From Eledone cirrhosa (Eukaryota): DNA of 64,000 nucleotides. Below the pieces are notes generated by a model. That model was not told the DNA's origin. It was given only the letters and a program-made list of their open reading frames with translations, and did not search any database. Positions within the stretch are counted from its first letter, which is position 1, and every line of letters starts with the position of its first letter. A program made the translations under genes and the position numbers. This document shows, piece after piece, positions 13,405 through 27,293 of this stretch. The stretch spans positions 146,816,001-146,880,000 of the forward strand of contig OZ024743.1 of assembly GCA_964016885.1 (NCBI GenBank), written 5' to 3'.

Positions 13405-13854
13405 GTGTGTATACACTAGATATAAATAATGGTTATCACCAATTTTTAATATTCCTTTTTGGAAAGTTTTATTTTAAGTTTTTACTATCATATTTTCCTA
13501 AAATTTTAATTGAATTTCTGAATAATTTGTTTACCTGTAGTCATTGACAAAAGAATTTAATAAAGTTGATAAAAAATTTCAAGAAATATTTAAATGAAAC
13601 TAATAAATAAATGAATAAATAAATGAATAAATAAATAAATAAATTGAAATTATTCTTTACCATGCATAAGATTAAAGGATATATCTGCTAAACATTTTGT
13701 AATGTGTATGCCATAGATATAACATCAAAATTAGTCTCAATGCTGAAGCTGTCATTTCATATTAAGATACATGTTGTGTTTAAGAGAGCAGTAAATTTTA
13801 GGAGTCTTTTATAATAGTTATTTTGTGTTGATGGTGAGAAATAACTAATTTTTC

Positions 13855-14085
13855 AAGCCAACAAGGAAGTATCTACTTGGTTGTTAGATCTGCTATAAAT
13901 AATAGCCAAATATTTATCAAACTACACCCTGCCAACTAGGAAAAGGGGATATTATATAATGTGTGATCCTGAGCACATTGTGCCTGAATAAAAAAAGACG
14001 AGAAGGTCGCAACTGAAATGCCTTTGATCATAGGTCTGCTCAACCATATCAGACCTGAGGCTTAGCAAAAAGATCAACAACAATA
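13855..14085 (+). repeat. Dispersed repeat ending TGATCATAGGTCTGCTC...GACCTG.GGCT...(CAA)n
   Basis: Related copies on the minus strand at ~32070-32270 and, twice, at ~49465-49830. Confidence 0.55.
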
Positions 14086-14584
14086 ATAGCTCACCTCTGT
14101 TTGGAACACTAAAGGAATTGCAATAACTGAATGTGCAATGTTATTTTCTCAGCCACAGATTTGTGAGTTTGTATCCCATCACTGATTCTGTGTTTGTTGG
14201 GATTCCTTCATCAATTAGGTAGATGCAGCCTTCTATGAATTTTGTCATAAATATTGGCACTTTATTTAACTTCAGATTATTAAAATATTTCTTCGTAAGA
14301 ATAAATAAATTGGAACATCAAAGATTAAAATATATTAAACAAACATATATCAAATGTTAAAACTTTTTAAGAGAAACTAAAAATTAGGGTCTTAAATTAA
14401 AGTTCTTTATTTTTCTAATCTGGATTCTTATCTCTTCATTCTTTTGTTCTCCTTTCTCTCTGATACATGGTTCTCTTCTAATGAATATAAGAGTCTTTTC
14501 ATCTTTGTTTGCAATAGTTTATCAAATGAAGTTTATCAAAGTTATTAACATTTATTTTCTTTTCTTAATACAGACAACAGACAA

Positions 14585-14767
<183 letters not shown>

Positions 14768-15029
14768 AGATTGTTGCAGTGTCTATCCTCGAGTGTAAAT
14801 TTAAAATTGATATTTCCATTTAATTTTTTTGTTTCTTCCCCATTTGAAACTTTTCTTCTTATAAATATTAAAATCTTGAATTAATTTTAACTTTCTTAGT
14901 TAATCAGGTAGTACAGGGAGGCGTCATGCCCAATGACTGACACAGCAGTATCATTATTCACTGCTACAAGGTATCAAATACATGGAAGTTATGAAACAGA
15001 AAGAGTTATAGCACACATGATTAGAAATA

Positions 15030-15960
15030 GTTTAGATGATTAGAAATAGTTTAGATGACTTGCAGTTCAGATTTGTGCCTTCCTAGTAAAATAGGTACAG
15101 AGAAGTGTTTAGCTAAAAGCAAGTGACTGATAATGACCTTTGATAGGGTATCATGCTATATATGCTTTTAGAGGATAAGTAAACTAAATGTGGATAGGTG
15201 GCTTGTGAGAGGCATAAAAGTTATGTACAGAAATTCTGACAGCAATGTGTGAGCTAATTATGAGATCAATAACAAATTTAATGTGCAGTAATCATCGTGA
15301 CTTCATCTTCATCCTTCATGCGGCTCAGTCCCATAGATCAGCTTTCAACACTTCTTTTTATGTTTCTTTAGGTCTTCCTCTTCTGTGGGTTCTTTTCATA
15401 TGGATTACATGGCACTTTATCCAACTATCATCATCCACATATATAACACATCTGACCAGCTCAGTCTTTTCTCTTGCACACTAACTCTAATTCTTCTTAT
15501 ACCTAATTTTTCTCTCAGCTCATATATGCTCTGTTGTTCTTACACACTATCATTATACATCCAGCAAAGCATACTCACCTCATTTCTTTCCAGTCTTTAC
15601 ACATACTTTGCACTCAACTAGGTTTTACTACCATGCAACATTATGCTTTGTACACAACCATCATACTATCTACCTTTCACTCAGACAAAAAATCTTGTTA
15701 TTGACAGCAGAAATAGTTCTTGATATTTTTCCGTCCAGTTCTTACTCAGGGTTCTATGCTTTCGGAACATCCATCTCTATTGCTAATTGAGTCACCTAAG
15801 GAAGAGAAGCTATCAACTACTTGTAAGAAGCCTTCCAGAAATTAAAATAATACATTTCATAGGTGCTAATATTGCTACCTACTTCTGTGCAACTGCTACA
15901 TATAAAGTCTTCTTCTCTGTCAACCTAACTGTGATCCCACTTCATTTTTATTTGTGCAGT
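15030..15960. mobile_element. Highly decayed RTE fragments (plus ~15030-15250, minus ~15320-15960)
   Basis: Residual similarity to QFGF, FDRV and WLVRAIQAMY, and to the RLRWYGHV/GRPRKTW region. Confidence 0.5.
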
Positions 15961-18422
15961 TGTAGTTTACCAAATGTAAATCTTTCAAGGTAATGTTCAA
16001 AAGAAGTATTAGATTATGTTATTGATTTTAGGTAATTCATATTGAGTATGGAGCTAGAATATTAGAAATATTAGAGTTGTGTTTAAAAAGTGAAAAACAT
16101 TCAAGGAACTGATTAAACATTGGATTTGTAATTTGAACTTCAAAAACATGGAATTTAAAAAGTGAATACCCAACAAAGGTATGTTAGTGTGATATTTAGT
16201 CAGTTGTAAAGTTGTATTGTGAATATTTGGCTTATGCTATTTGAACAAATGACATGACAGATAGATCAGAACCTAAAGCTAATTAATATAAAAAATTATC
16301 TGACCTTAAATGTATGGATTTTGCTAGTAAGATGTCATGAAAATACATAAAAGATTGAAGTATTGAAGCATTGTAGACATGCCTTATTGGCATTAAAAAT
16401 TACATTATAATGATAATTACATCTTACATAGGTATACTGTCACAAATTTGGGAATACAAGCTAGTGGATTAAATTGGCCCGCTACTTGAATGGTATTATA
16501 TATTATTGCCTCAGGAAAGTTAAAAGACAAAGTTGAGTCCCAGTTGGATTTGAACTCAGAATGTAAATAACCAGAACAAACACTACAATCTACATCTGAT
16601 TCTGCTGATCTACATCGCTATACTATTTGGTACTGAAAAGATAAGTTGAATTTGGTATGATTAGAAATTAGCATAAGGGGTAAATAATCCAGTCTTGTCT
16701 GAATTAGCAAACAATACTTTTAGAACTTCTAGTTCAGTTAAAATGTTTTGTTAAAACTAAGTAACCCATTATTTCACTGTTTTTAGAATTTATCATCTTG
16801 TCCTTAAAATTAAAACTAAACATTTTTAGCTAAAAAATAGGAAATGTAATTGAAATGATTGGATTAAAAGGACTGTTTAATTGTTATAATAGGACTTGAA
16901 TTGAAATTTTTATATTCCTACTTATCAAATCATTTTGTCATGGGTAAAGTTTGCCTGTTATTTAAATAGAAGTGATCTTGTTCGTGTTTTTGTTTTTAGA
17001 TTAACATCTATCATTATGTGTCTTCTTTCACTTGAAATGTGTCTTCTTTCACTTGAAATGTAAAGATTTTGGCTAAAAATATAGATGACTAGATTTGAAG
17101 AGAATCTGAATATCTTTAAATTTGAATTGAAGGACCCATCTCTTAAAAAGCTGAAGGCAACCATTTCAAAATATTTCTGATGGCAGGAAAAATTTACTTT
17201 ATAATATCAAATTTACAATTTATAATTTATAATTTCTTAAACGAAATCTAATTTTCTTGATTAGATATTGTTATTATTAATATTAAACTTTTTCTCCTTT
17301 CTACTGAAAATTAAACTGTTTAAAAACTAAAACAGTTTGTTAAATACATACTACTCCTTTCCCATTTTATGCCATTATTGTAACCACCACCATTACCACA
17401 CATAACCACATCTAAATAAAATGTTTGCAATTGCCTTTCATCATATTATAAACCCAGTAAATCATTCTTTATTCTATCTTCTCCAATAATGTTATTTGTC
17501 AAAAATAAAAAAAAAAATGATTTCCTCTAGGAAAGAATGTGGAGTAGTTGTAAGATTAGAGTGAGTCAAAGCCAGGATATGATTTTTATTCCTGGTTAAA
17601 CCATTCCACTTCACTTTTATTACTAACCCTTTAAGAAAGGGATACACAGAACACATTCATATTGATTCCCTTTTCTGAATATATACCAATGTGAATCATT
17701 CTTTCTTTTAGTTACTCCCCCTTTTAATGGCAGAAAGAATAGATTGCTATAGATAAGAGCTAAACGTAGATTGAACAGAGTTTAATGCTAGTTTTTATCA
17801 AGATAAAAAAATAATTAATTAATATTCTTGCATGCTATGTGTGTGTATGTATGTACATGTGCCTGTGAGTGTATCTGTGTGTGTGTGTTTGTGTGTGTGC
17901 AAGTGTGTGTGTGTATGTGTGTGAGTGTGTGTGTGATTTTTATCATAATACTATAATTTGAAACATGCTTTATTTTGAAATGTTAAATTATTTCAAATTA
18001 AGTGAAAAAGAAGAAGACAGAAAAATGAACATTTGGAATATTCTAATTCTGTTAAATACTAAAATAATAACTACATTTCAAAACATTAGCAGCTAACCAT
18101 TATTTCATAGATGTATAAAGAAGTCTTTATTTTGTGAACTTTGAAAAGGAGAAGCTAAATTAAAAAAGATATATCATACAAAAAAAAAAAAAAAATTAAA
18201 TAAAAGTTAAAATTGTAAAAAAAAAAATCTAAGAAAATAAATAATGAAATAAATTAATAAAATACAATTTAGTAATATTTAGTTTAAATCAATCTAATTT
18301 ATTTTATAACATATTTATGTTATTAAATCTTTAGTTTCAACCTTATTTCCTTTTTTCAGCTTCGTAAAGCAAATGTGTTTTCAACATCTGGTACTTAAGT
18401 TTCCAAGTGTAATATTTATTTA

Positions 18423-18465
<43 letters not shown>

Positions 18466-19232
18466 GAGAGTGATTGGGGAAGGGGGAAGGGGAAGAGAAA
18501 AAGAGATAGAGAGTATTGAGGGAAGAGAGAGTGAGAGATGACTTTTATTTATTTCCCACTGCTTTAGCAAATGCATCCCAAATGACTGCATCAGGACAGA
18601 CCTTCTGTTCAATTCGGAATATCTCTGTAACCAGTGTTTACACTGCTCCTTGAAGCATGTAGGATTTATAGCCAAAAATTAAATATGGAATGAAAATGTT
18701 GGCCTTATCTAAACAAGTCTATTATGAAACATTAGACTGAAAACCTAGTTAAATTATTTGTTCATTTCTTATTGCCTTCATCTGGTTTCTTTTAAGCAGA
18801 CTGAAACAAAACAACTGCTTTAGTGAAGGACAAGCTGGGAATTAACTTTAAGTCAGAAGATTATGTATGAGGTAACATTGTAATCTCAACTCAAATTCTA
18901 AGGAAGTTTTCCTTACAAAAACAATGAAGAAGGATGTCAATGCTGTCTAAATTCATTTATTCAGTTGCAAACATATTACACATATGCAGGGCAGTTATTA
19001 GAGTTAAGGATTTTTATTTTATTCTGTTTTTAATAAAAGTGACCTGGAATTCACAATCCCTCATCTGTTCACTGAATATTTTGTTACAAAAACAATTAAG
19101 AAGGAAATCATTGCTGCCTTAATACGTTTGTTCAGTTTTAGGCATGTTGCACATATGTAAAGCAATAATTGGTGTTAGGTATTTCTGCTGTTAAAAACAA
19201 AATTTATTTTCGCTCTAGCATGGTGGATACCT

Positions 19233-19653
19233 AAATGTATTCGTGAGTGAATAATAATAATAATATTATTATTATTCATTTTTTTTTGGCAAGCAAACAG
19301 CCTCATAACACGTGTGTTTTCTAGACAACTGGCGTCATCCTTTTGTTCCAGTGGTAACAGAGAGGAAACAGTCTACAATTGTTTCAGAGTTATTGCCCTT
19401 TATCAAGACTGTGTATTCTCTCATCACTGCTACCCACTGTAATAGTTTCAGCAGGTAGCAGTGACGAGAGAATACGCAGTCTTGATAAAGGGCAACAATT
19501 GTAGTAAAATGTTTCCTCTTTGCTATCACTGGAACAAAACGATGATGCCAGTCATCTAGAAAACACACGTGTTATGAGGCTGTTTGCTTGCAAATGAAGG
19601 AAATATTAATAATATTATTATAATATTATTAATATTCATTCACAAATACATTT
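19233..19653. mobile_element. ~420-bp non-coding palindromic element made of two head-to-head HHR-bearing arms
   Basis: Arms are reverse-complementary from AAATGTATTCGTGAGTGAATA to TATTCATTCACAAATACATTT, with a short loop near 19435-19453. Confidence 0.85.
19369..19411 (-). ncRNA. Minimal type-I hammerhead ribozyme, U3-A8 core variant
   Basis: Minus strand reads CAGTC-TTGATAA-AGGG CAATAA CTCT-GAAAC AATT GTA-GACTG. Helix I is CAGTC/GACTG, helix III is the palindrome ACAATTGT, and the cleavage triplet is GUA. Confidence 0.78.
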
Positions 19654-19868
19654 CTACTGTTATCAGGCCATAAATGAAAGTAATTTGAAATTAATATTAT
19701 TTTATCTGTTGACTGAATGTTTCTTCAGATATTCCTCTGAAACACTTAACCCCTCTGTGACCAAATTTCTAGAAATACCGTGCTCGCATTTTTCAGTTAA
19801 TGTTTTAAATAATTGAGAATTTGAAAGGTTTTAGGAAAATAACTAAATATCATTATGAATCTATGAAG

Positions 19869-20192
19869 GGTGGTGGATTGGCAGTATCGGTGGAGGGTCG
19901 GACGCCATGCTTTCCAGCATAGTTACGTCCCTTTACGATCTGAGTTCAAATCCCGCCGAGGTTGACTTTGCCTTTCATCCTTGCGGGGTCGATAAAATAA
20001 AGTACCAGTAATGCACTGGGTAATTGCTGGCCTTGTGCCTAAAGTAGAAACAATTATGAATCTATGATCTGAGTTCAAATCCCACCGAGGTTAACTTTGC
20101 CTTTCATCCATACGGGGTAGATAAAATAAAGTACCAGTAATGTACTGGGTAATTGCTGGCCTTGTGCCAAAAGTAGAAACAATTATGAATCT
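19869..20192 (+). mobile_element. SINE family A, full copy plus tandem 3' partial copy
   Basis: Full unit at 19869-20062. A second unit restarts at GATCTGAGTTCAAATCCC (~20066) and ends with the same AATTATGAATCTA. Confidence 0.88.
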
Positions 20193-20347
20193 AGTATTTA
20201 AAATACAACTTAACAAAATGTTCTTACCAACATGTATAATAAAAGGTTTACTTTTACTAATGAACACATTAAAACAGATACTGACCTTAGGTAGGTACAT
20301 ACCAAAATGCTTAAACAATACATTTTGCAGTTGTTATTGCAATTATT

Positions 20348-20685
20348 GGTGGTTAGAGCGCTGAGCTTACAATCGTGGGGTTGTGTGTTCGATTCTCGGA
20401 CTGGGCTTTCTGTTGTGTTCTTGAGAAAAACACTTTATTTCACGTTGCTCCAGTTTACTCAGCTGCAGAAATGAGTTGCAATGTCACTGGAGCCAAGCTG
20501 TATTGGCCTTTGCCTTTCCCTTCAACAACATCAGTGATGTGGAGAGAGGAGATTGGTATGCATGGGCAACTGCTGGTCTTCCACAAACAATCTTGCCCGG
20601 ACTTATGCCTCAGAGGGGAACTTTCTAGGTGCAAATCCCATGGTCATTCATGACCGAAGGGGGTCTTTACTTTTACACTTTTACA
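20348..20685 (+). mobile_element. tRNA-derived SINE (family B)
   Basis: A box TGGTTAGAGCG and B box GTTCGATTC, followed by a body and a CTTTAC-type repeated tail. Confidence 0.75.
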
Positions 20686-22802
20686 TCCTACCAAAGGATG
20701 GCTTTGTGGAAGTGGTGTGAATGTGGAGTAAGAAGAGGGGAACAAATTTGTGTGAATATTAGTAATGCATGGTATATGGTTATGTACCAAGAACTGGTGG
20801 AAGGTCAAGTAATACATGGAAAACATTTTGTGTGTGTGTGTGGGGGGGGAAGATATCAAAGGATAAAAATGACAAGAAATATGTGATGTTTAAAGTCCAT
20901 AATATATTCCAGTATTAAGCTACTAATAATAATATTGATGATGTATCAAAGAAAATTTCATGAGAAGGACAGTCTTGAAAATTAGTGACACAAAAGAGAT
21001 AAAAGAAAATTAAAAAAGAAAAAAAGGAAGCAAAATTTTACCAACAAAAGTTAACAATTAAAGAATGATCAAGTTGCTTATTTTTTTCATCCATTTCATG
21101 TTTTACTTTCCATGTAAGCATGGGTTGGACGAAGGCTGGGGCTTATCCTATTTTATGTTATGGCAGACAAGTGAAAATACAAGAGGAGGTTCTAGCCCAT
21201 TGTATAGTCAAACCCAGCTGTTAATCATTTTTAGTAGAGTGGACAGAAGCCATCAAGGACTCAACATGCCACTATGTCAAGACTGATCCCTTGACATAGT
21301 GGCATGAACTTAAAGTCATGAATCCATCACCTTCACTACCAGGTCATACACCTTCTGAAGGTGCTTATTTCATGAATTAAAATCAGACTGGACATCTAAT
21401 GGGAGAAATCTATTTCGTTTCAACACCACTACAAACAAATGTTACTGAAATATAAATCATTCCATAAATAATCTCCTTAAAATATATCTTTTCAACCAGA
21501 AATGGCAATAATATGTAATTGTTATTGTTTATTAACTGTGATTGATTAGTGTTTTAAACACTGGGGTAATTGTTAAACAGGAATATTTGATTCTCAAATT
21601 GACAGATCAAATGATTTCCTTACTTTCTAGTTAACTAGATTTGTTACACAGAAATAATTGTTTGTGTATTTGGAGGCCAACTATAAACTCTGATTATATA
21701 GTCTAGTTTTGTATATTTCTGGCATTTTATTTACTCCCATGATAAGTCATTTGAATTCTAGTTATTCTTTTATGTAGAATAGTAATATTATTTAAAGAGT
21801 AGGGGTTGAAAAGAATATAAACACAAGATGTGAATGCCAATCTGAAGGAAACATTTGACCTTCTTTTGGTTAACATTATACCCTCTCCCACCCGTTTACC
21901 ACTAATCAGAAGAGGAAGAGTAGAAATCTTACTTGTATAAGATTTAAATGGCAAACTAAGATGCTTAAAATAAATTCTAACAGTTTATTTCCTTTTCTAA
22001 AGTTACTGTGTCACTGATATCAAGATAAACACCTGTTTCTCTGGGTGGCATTGTTCAACAAGGCATTGATCAACTGCAACCATTTAAAGATACCTTTGAC
22101 AGAGAAGTTGCACAAATATTTAGCTTCGTTTTTGTTACTTCTATGTCCTGGCTAAACCAACATCACTCATACTAAACAAATTTCTGGTGATTTGGTGTAA
22201 CACCAAACCAAATAGATTCTTAAATAAATAAATAAGCCCTCTCCTAAATCTTTCCTTCTCTTATGAAGATTATCACAACACAAGTCACTTTTGCTTATGT
22301 AATGTAAATCAAAATTTATAAAATGGTAAATGTTGTGGTGGGACAATATTTTGTTATTTCTATCTTTAATTTTTTTTATTTCAACGATACAGATTTAGTA
22401 AAAGTTCTGAGACCAACTTTATAAAAAGAATTTATTATGCTGTGATAGATAAATAAGCAAATAGATTTTATCTTATTTAATTTCTTTATCATATTATTTA
22501 ATTCTTGAAGAGGTCTAACGGACATTAATCTTAACATTATACAATTTCCCCCCAGAGCATTGCTTCCATTTTCCCTTGCAAATTATCGTATTTCCTATGT
22601 GAAAATCTATTACCAAGGATTGTCTGACTTAATGTTTGCACAGTGTGAATAAGAATATTTTTTATATTCTATTTGCCTTGGTCACAAAAAATATTTAGGT
22701 TTATTAACTGACGAACATTTATTAACAGCAGAATCTACATTCTGTTAAAAGTTGAAGACAGTATCTTTTTAGAATTTCATTATCTTAACTTCCTGTAAGT
22801 CA

Positions 22803-22960
22803 TAATAATGTTTCTACTTTTGGCACAAGGCCAGCAATTACCCAGTGCATTACTGGTACTTTATTTTATCGACCCCGTAAGGATGAAAGGCAAAGTTAAC
22901 CTCGGCGTATTTGAACTCAGAACATAAAGAGCCATATCTCTATGGTGCAAACCATGGTGT
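22803..22960 (-). mobile_element. SINE family A
   Basis: Same 3' sequence as 10761-10944. Confidence 0.82.
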
Positions 22961-24180
22961 CTGATGCTCTGTGGCATTTACTTTTGCCTCGATGAACAGA
23001 TATCTTTAAATAATAATTGGGGTCATTGTAGTGGACTAAACTCCTTTGAAGACTGTACTCAGCATAGTTGTAGTCCAATGACTGAAATCAGTAAAAGAAA
23101 TTAAGAGTTGAATAACAATGTAAAAGCCCCTTCATTGTTTTGTAGTGTTCCCATATTTTTCAGGTAGATACAGGTCTCATCTAATTATTCTGTAATCCAC
23201 ACAAGGAATTAAGAATGAAGATTTCACACCATTACAGTTTAGTGACTTATGCCCAATTTTATGGAGGATTAACAAGCATGATATCATCTCTACAACTGGA
23301 GACCTTATTCTAGTCTGCTGCTGATTTTAGAGGAAAATGCACCCAGTATAATCTCTAAAGTGGTAGGCAAAAAACTAGAGACAACACAAAGTCAAGAGGA
23401 CTCATTAGCCTCTCTGACAACATGACAACTATTCTAGTGCTGGTGACATAATAAAATGCACCAAGTATACTTTGTATAATGGTTGGTGTTAGGAAAAGTT
23501 TCCAGCTATAGAAACCATGCTTAAAAGCATACAATGTGGCATGACTTATCCCTGTGTCCCCACATATACTAGTGTTCCCCCATGTTCCCCTTTCCATCAG
23601 CATTCCCTAGCAGCTACTCTGCAACATCAATACACCTCCTCCTTGCACCTATGCCCTCTCTAGCATTTGCTCTTTAGCTGCTGCTCTACAAAAGCTCTTA
23701 CCCTCACTATCACACCCTAGTAGCTAATCTCTTCCCACCAATTCCCCTTCCACTAGTAGCTATCATCATCATCACTACACACTCCTACTCAATTCCTTCC
23801 CCCCCTCTCCTGTTTTCATTCCTTAGCTTCTGCCTGCCCCCTGAAACCCCTAGATACGTTTACTCTCAAATCCTAGTAGCTATTCTCTTCATGCCAATGT
23901 GATCCACCCATTCCCTCTCCACTATCCCCCCTTAGCTATTATCTCCACCACTACACCCCTCCTTCCTGGCACTGATGAGTGCCACTCCAACCCCAGTGCT
24001 AATGACCAAACAATCTATGCCCCTCACCTCCACCACTTCAGTGTTCTCAGCAATTCATCACCCTGTCACACCACACTTACCATAACTTTACAATTATCTC
24101 CCTTCCTACATATTGAACATGGCCATTCCCCTGATGGAATCAGAGTGTTGTCCACTCTTCTACTTATCAACACTATATAT

Positions 24181-24305
24181 AAAATTTCATATAGAAATGC
24201 TTTTAGAGGATTGTTTCATCTGAAAGAAATTATCAGGAAAACCCTGATGATTTCTTTCAAATGAAACATTTCTAGTCCTGTAGAAGCCATTTCTATATAA
24301 AATTT
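24181..24305. repeat. Short inverted repeat of two degenerate HHR-like termini
   Basis: Plus strand reads CTGATGA TTTCTTTCAAAT GAAAC. The left arm in reverse complement reads CTGATAA TTTCTTTCAGAT GAAAC. Outer arms are AAATTTCATATAGAAATG / CATTTCTATATAAAATTT. Confidence 0.6.
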
Positions 24306-24382
24306 GATGTTTACACTCTACTGATGTATCGAGTATCTAACTTACTGTTGTTACCTCTGATTGAACATGGGACACACACACA

Positions 24383-24472
<90 letters not shown>

Positions 24473-24506
24473 CATATGTATGTATACTTATATATATATA
24501 CATATG

Positions 24507-24575
<69 letters not shown>

Positions 24576-25112
24576 TGCCATTATATTATATAAAGTGGTA
24601 GTGTTGCTGTCATGATAAAATGCTTCTAGTATATAAAGTGTAATGTTTGGTAGAAGGGCATCCAATTGTAGAAACTATAGAAATTATTTGTTTGGTTCAC
24701 TATCCAGTCTCTGATTGTGATAACACATCCAATGGAAAATACATAAAATAACAATGATTATTATATATATATATTATATGTATTTTGATTGAGCAGTACT
24801 CAAGTTTCACTGAGCCAAGATACATATAATAAATGTGAGCTACATGGATGGAGTCACACCATCAGTAAAGATTTGTTGTTATTTTTATACATATAAATCC
24901 AATATTAACATCTCTTTCTCCCCACGCTCTCTCTCTCTCTCTTTATATATATGATATATATTATAAAACGGCTGAGCTCTTGCCATTTCAACAGCCAGTT
25001 CCATATATATATATAGAGAGAGAGGTAGAACACTGGAAGATAATATCCGTAGTGGTAGAGCACTCAGTCCATGGGACGAGTTTGGTAGAAGTAGTAACAC
25101 AATAGTTAGTTC

Positions 25113-25164
25113 ACCATACCGAGAACAATTGTTTCACCTTAGCGGATCTTCAGCTCGTACTGGT
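25113..25164 (-). ncRNA. Minimal hammerhead ribozyme in the Penelope terminus
   Basis: Reverse complement of the motif at 27220-27271. Confidence 0.78.
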
Positions 25165-27219
25165 CATAGTTATACGGAACAGGAAGAACAACCCTATGAA
25201 CGCGCATGCGCAGCAACGGTCACTTCAACCAAGCGATGCAAAGCCACGAGCGAAAGGTGTAAGGGAGATAACTGCGAAAGCACGGAAAAGGGGTTCGAGT
25301 TGATTAGAAAATTAGAATGTTGTTGTTATTCAATCCGGAGCTTTGTAGTTATGCAAGAGGTGTTTCCAGACATGTGGACAACGTGAACAGATTTGATTCT
25401 TGATTTAGGCAATCGCTCTTGCGTAATCTTCTTAGAATATTTATCCTTTCTTCAATACACAGTCCACAAGACGGATTGTCCCTTGCGTATGGTTTGGACT
25501 TAGTCATGGCTCTCCATTGAATAGAGTAGTCTATACTTGAGGGACCATACGTGGCTCGCAAGCTTCGTTTGTCCGAGTACCTAAAGGTCGACTGATGGTT
25601 TAGGAAGCGTTCCTTAAATCGGCCCTCCGTCATACCCACATAGGATTTGACCTCTTGTGGTTGGAAGTGACCACAGTCAGTTGGAAGTGACCACAGCTTC
25701 ATAAATTACAGCGGGTGTGTTGCATTGCTTTTGAAGGGGGACAAGCTTCAGGCTTTCTACAAGAACATCCTGGTGGGGTTACGCTCTTAGGACTGTTGGT
25801 GATGTGGGCCTTCATATTCTTAGCGCAGGAGTACCCTAGTTTTACTCTGTGTCTGTTAAAGATGGAGCGGTATTTGTGACCTATGGGAAAGTGTCTATCT
25901 AAGAGGGCTAACATTTCTTTTCCTACATTAGTTTTAAAGTTGAGTGAAAAGGGAGGAGAGAACCGATAGATGTCTATTGTTACGATTTCTTTTCTTATTG
26001 CTGTTAGTAAGTGATTGGTTGTGAGAAGCCGCTGATAGCTAATGCCGTGTTATAGTAGGGTGCCGTTCTGTCAAAGATAGCCTTATTAGAGGAGAATTTA
26101 GAGATTCTAGTACTGATATTATTTACGAAGTTTCTAAAAAATAGTAGGAGGGTGGCATGAGTCCTTGTGTATGTAATTAAGTTTTTCGTTAAGCTTATGG
26201 AAGGGTCTGAAGGTATGTGTGTGAAGGTCTAAATTAATGTCTAAGAAATCTACGCGAGAGAGGTTGGTAGCTACTGTTATCATAAGTCCTAACTCGTTAA
26301 AGGTAGAAGTTAAGTATTTTTTAAACCGGTCCAGGTCGTGACCACTTTTATGGCTCGATAAGGTCAGGCCATCGTCACGGTATATTCCCGTGTGGAAGTC
26401 CAGGAATCTAACACGTAATATGTCTAAATAAATAGGTCAACCAAGTCGCATACGTCAGCCTTGTCGAACGATCCCATGGAGACGTCGAATAGTTCTGAAG
26501 TGGTTGACTTCTTTGCACAGGCTACTCCGTTGTTGAAGAGGAGGGTTTTCAGGCAGCGTGTGATGATCTCCCTGTCTAGAACATGAACGGTAGTGTGAGT
26601 GGTAGCAAAGTCCAACGCTTTGTTTAACAAGGTATCTGAGATCGACGAGTAAAAATATACAATGTCGAATTGCGTGAACTTCGTTTTTTTGGAGTTGAAG
26701 GAGTTAAACCATGACGGAATCACTGTTCTCACACCGGGACAGGTTGGACTTGGTCCTAATGGTCTCAACTATGTTTCTAAGTATAGCTGGCCAAACGATC
26801 ATCCACGAAGCTTGCGAGCCACGTATGGTCCCTCAAGGGCTTAGGTATAGACTACTCCATTCAATGGAAAGCCATCACTAATGTCCAAGCCATACGCAAG
26901 GGACAATCCGTCTTGTGGAGTGTATATTGAAGAAAGGATAAATATTCTAAGGAAATTACGCAATAGAGATTGCCTAAATTCAAGAAATGAAATCTTTTCA
27001 CGTTGTCCACATGTCTGGTATCACCTCTTGCATAACTACAAAGCTCCGGATTGAATAACAACAACATTCTAATTTTCTAATTAACTCGAACACCTTTTCC
27101 GGACTTTCGCAGTTATCTCCCTTACACCTTTCGCCCGTGGCTTTGCATCACTTGGGTGAGGTGACCGTTGCTGCGCATGCGCGTTAATATGGTTGTTCTT
27201 CCTGTTCTATATAACCATG

Positions 27220-27271
27220 ACCAGTACGAGCTGAAGATCCGCTAAGGTGAAACAATTGTTCTCGGTATGGT
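27220..27271 (+). ncRNA. Minimal hammerhead ribozyme in the inverted Penelope terminus
   Basis: ACCAGTACGAG-CTGAAGA-TCC GCTAA GGT-GAAAC AATT GTT-CTCGGTATGGT. Helix I is CGAG/CTCG, extended by TAC/GTA and ACCA/TGGT. Palindrome AACAATTGTT, triplet GUU. Confidence 0.8.
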
Positions 27272-27293
27272 GAACTAACTCTTGTGTTACTAC

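Noticed and set aside
17000-17160. Possible exon (MTRFEENLNIFKFELKD, faintly aldo-keto-reductase-like) with a 21-bp duplication
   Set aside because: Upstream in-frame stops, no good donor site, and the similarity is too short.
20348-20410. tRNA gene
   Set aside because: A and B boxes run into a SINE body. There is no complete cloverleaf or terminator.
22000-23360. Short open frames after AG acceptors near 22002 and 23163
   Set aside because: In-frame stops and no recognisable homology.
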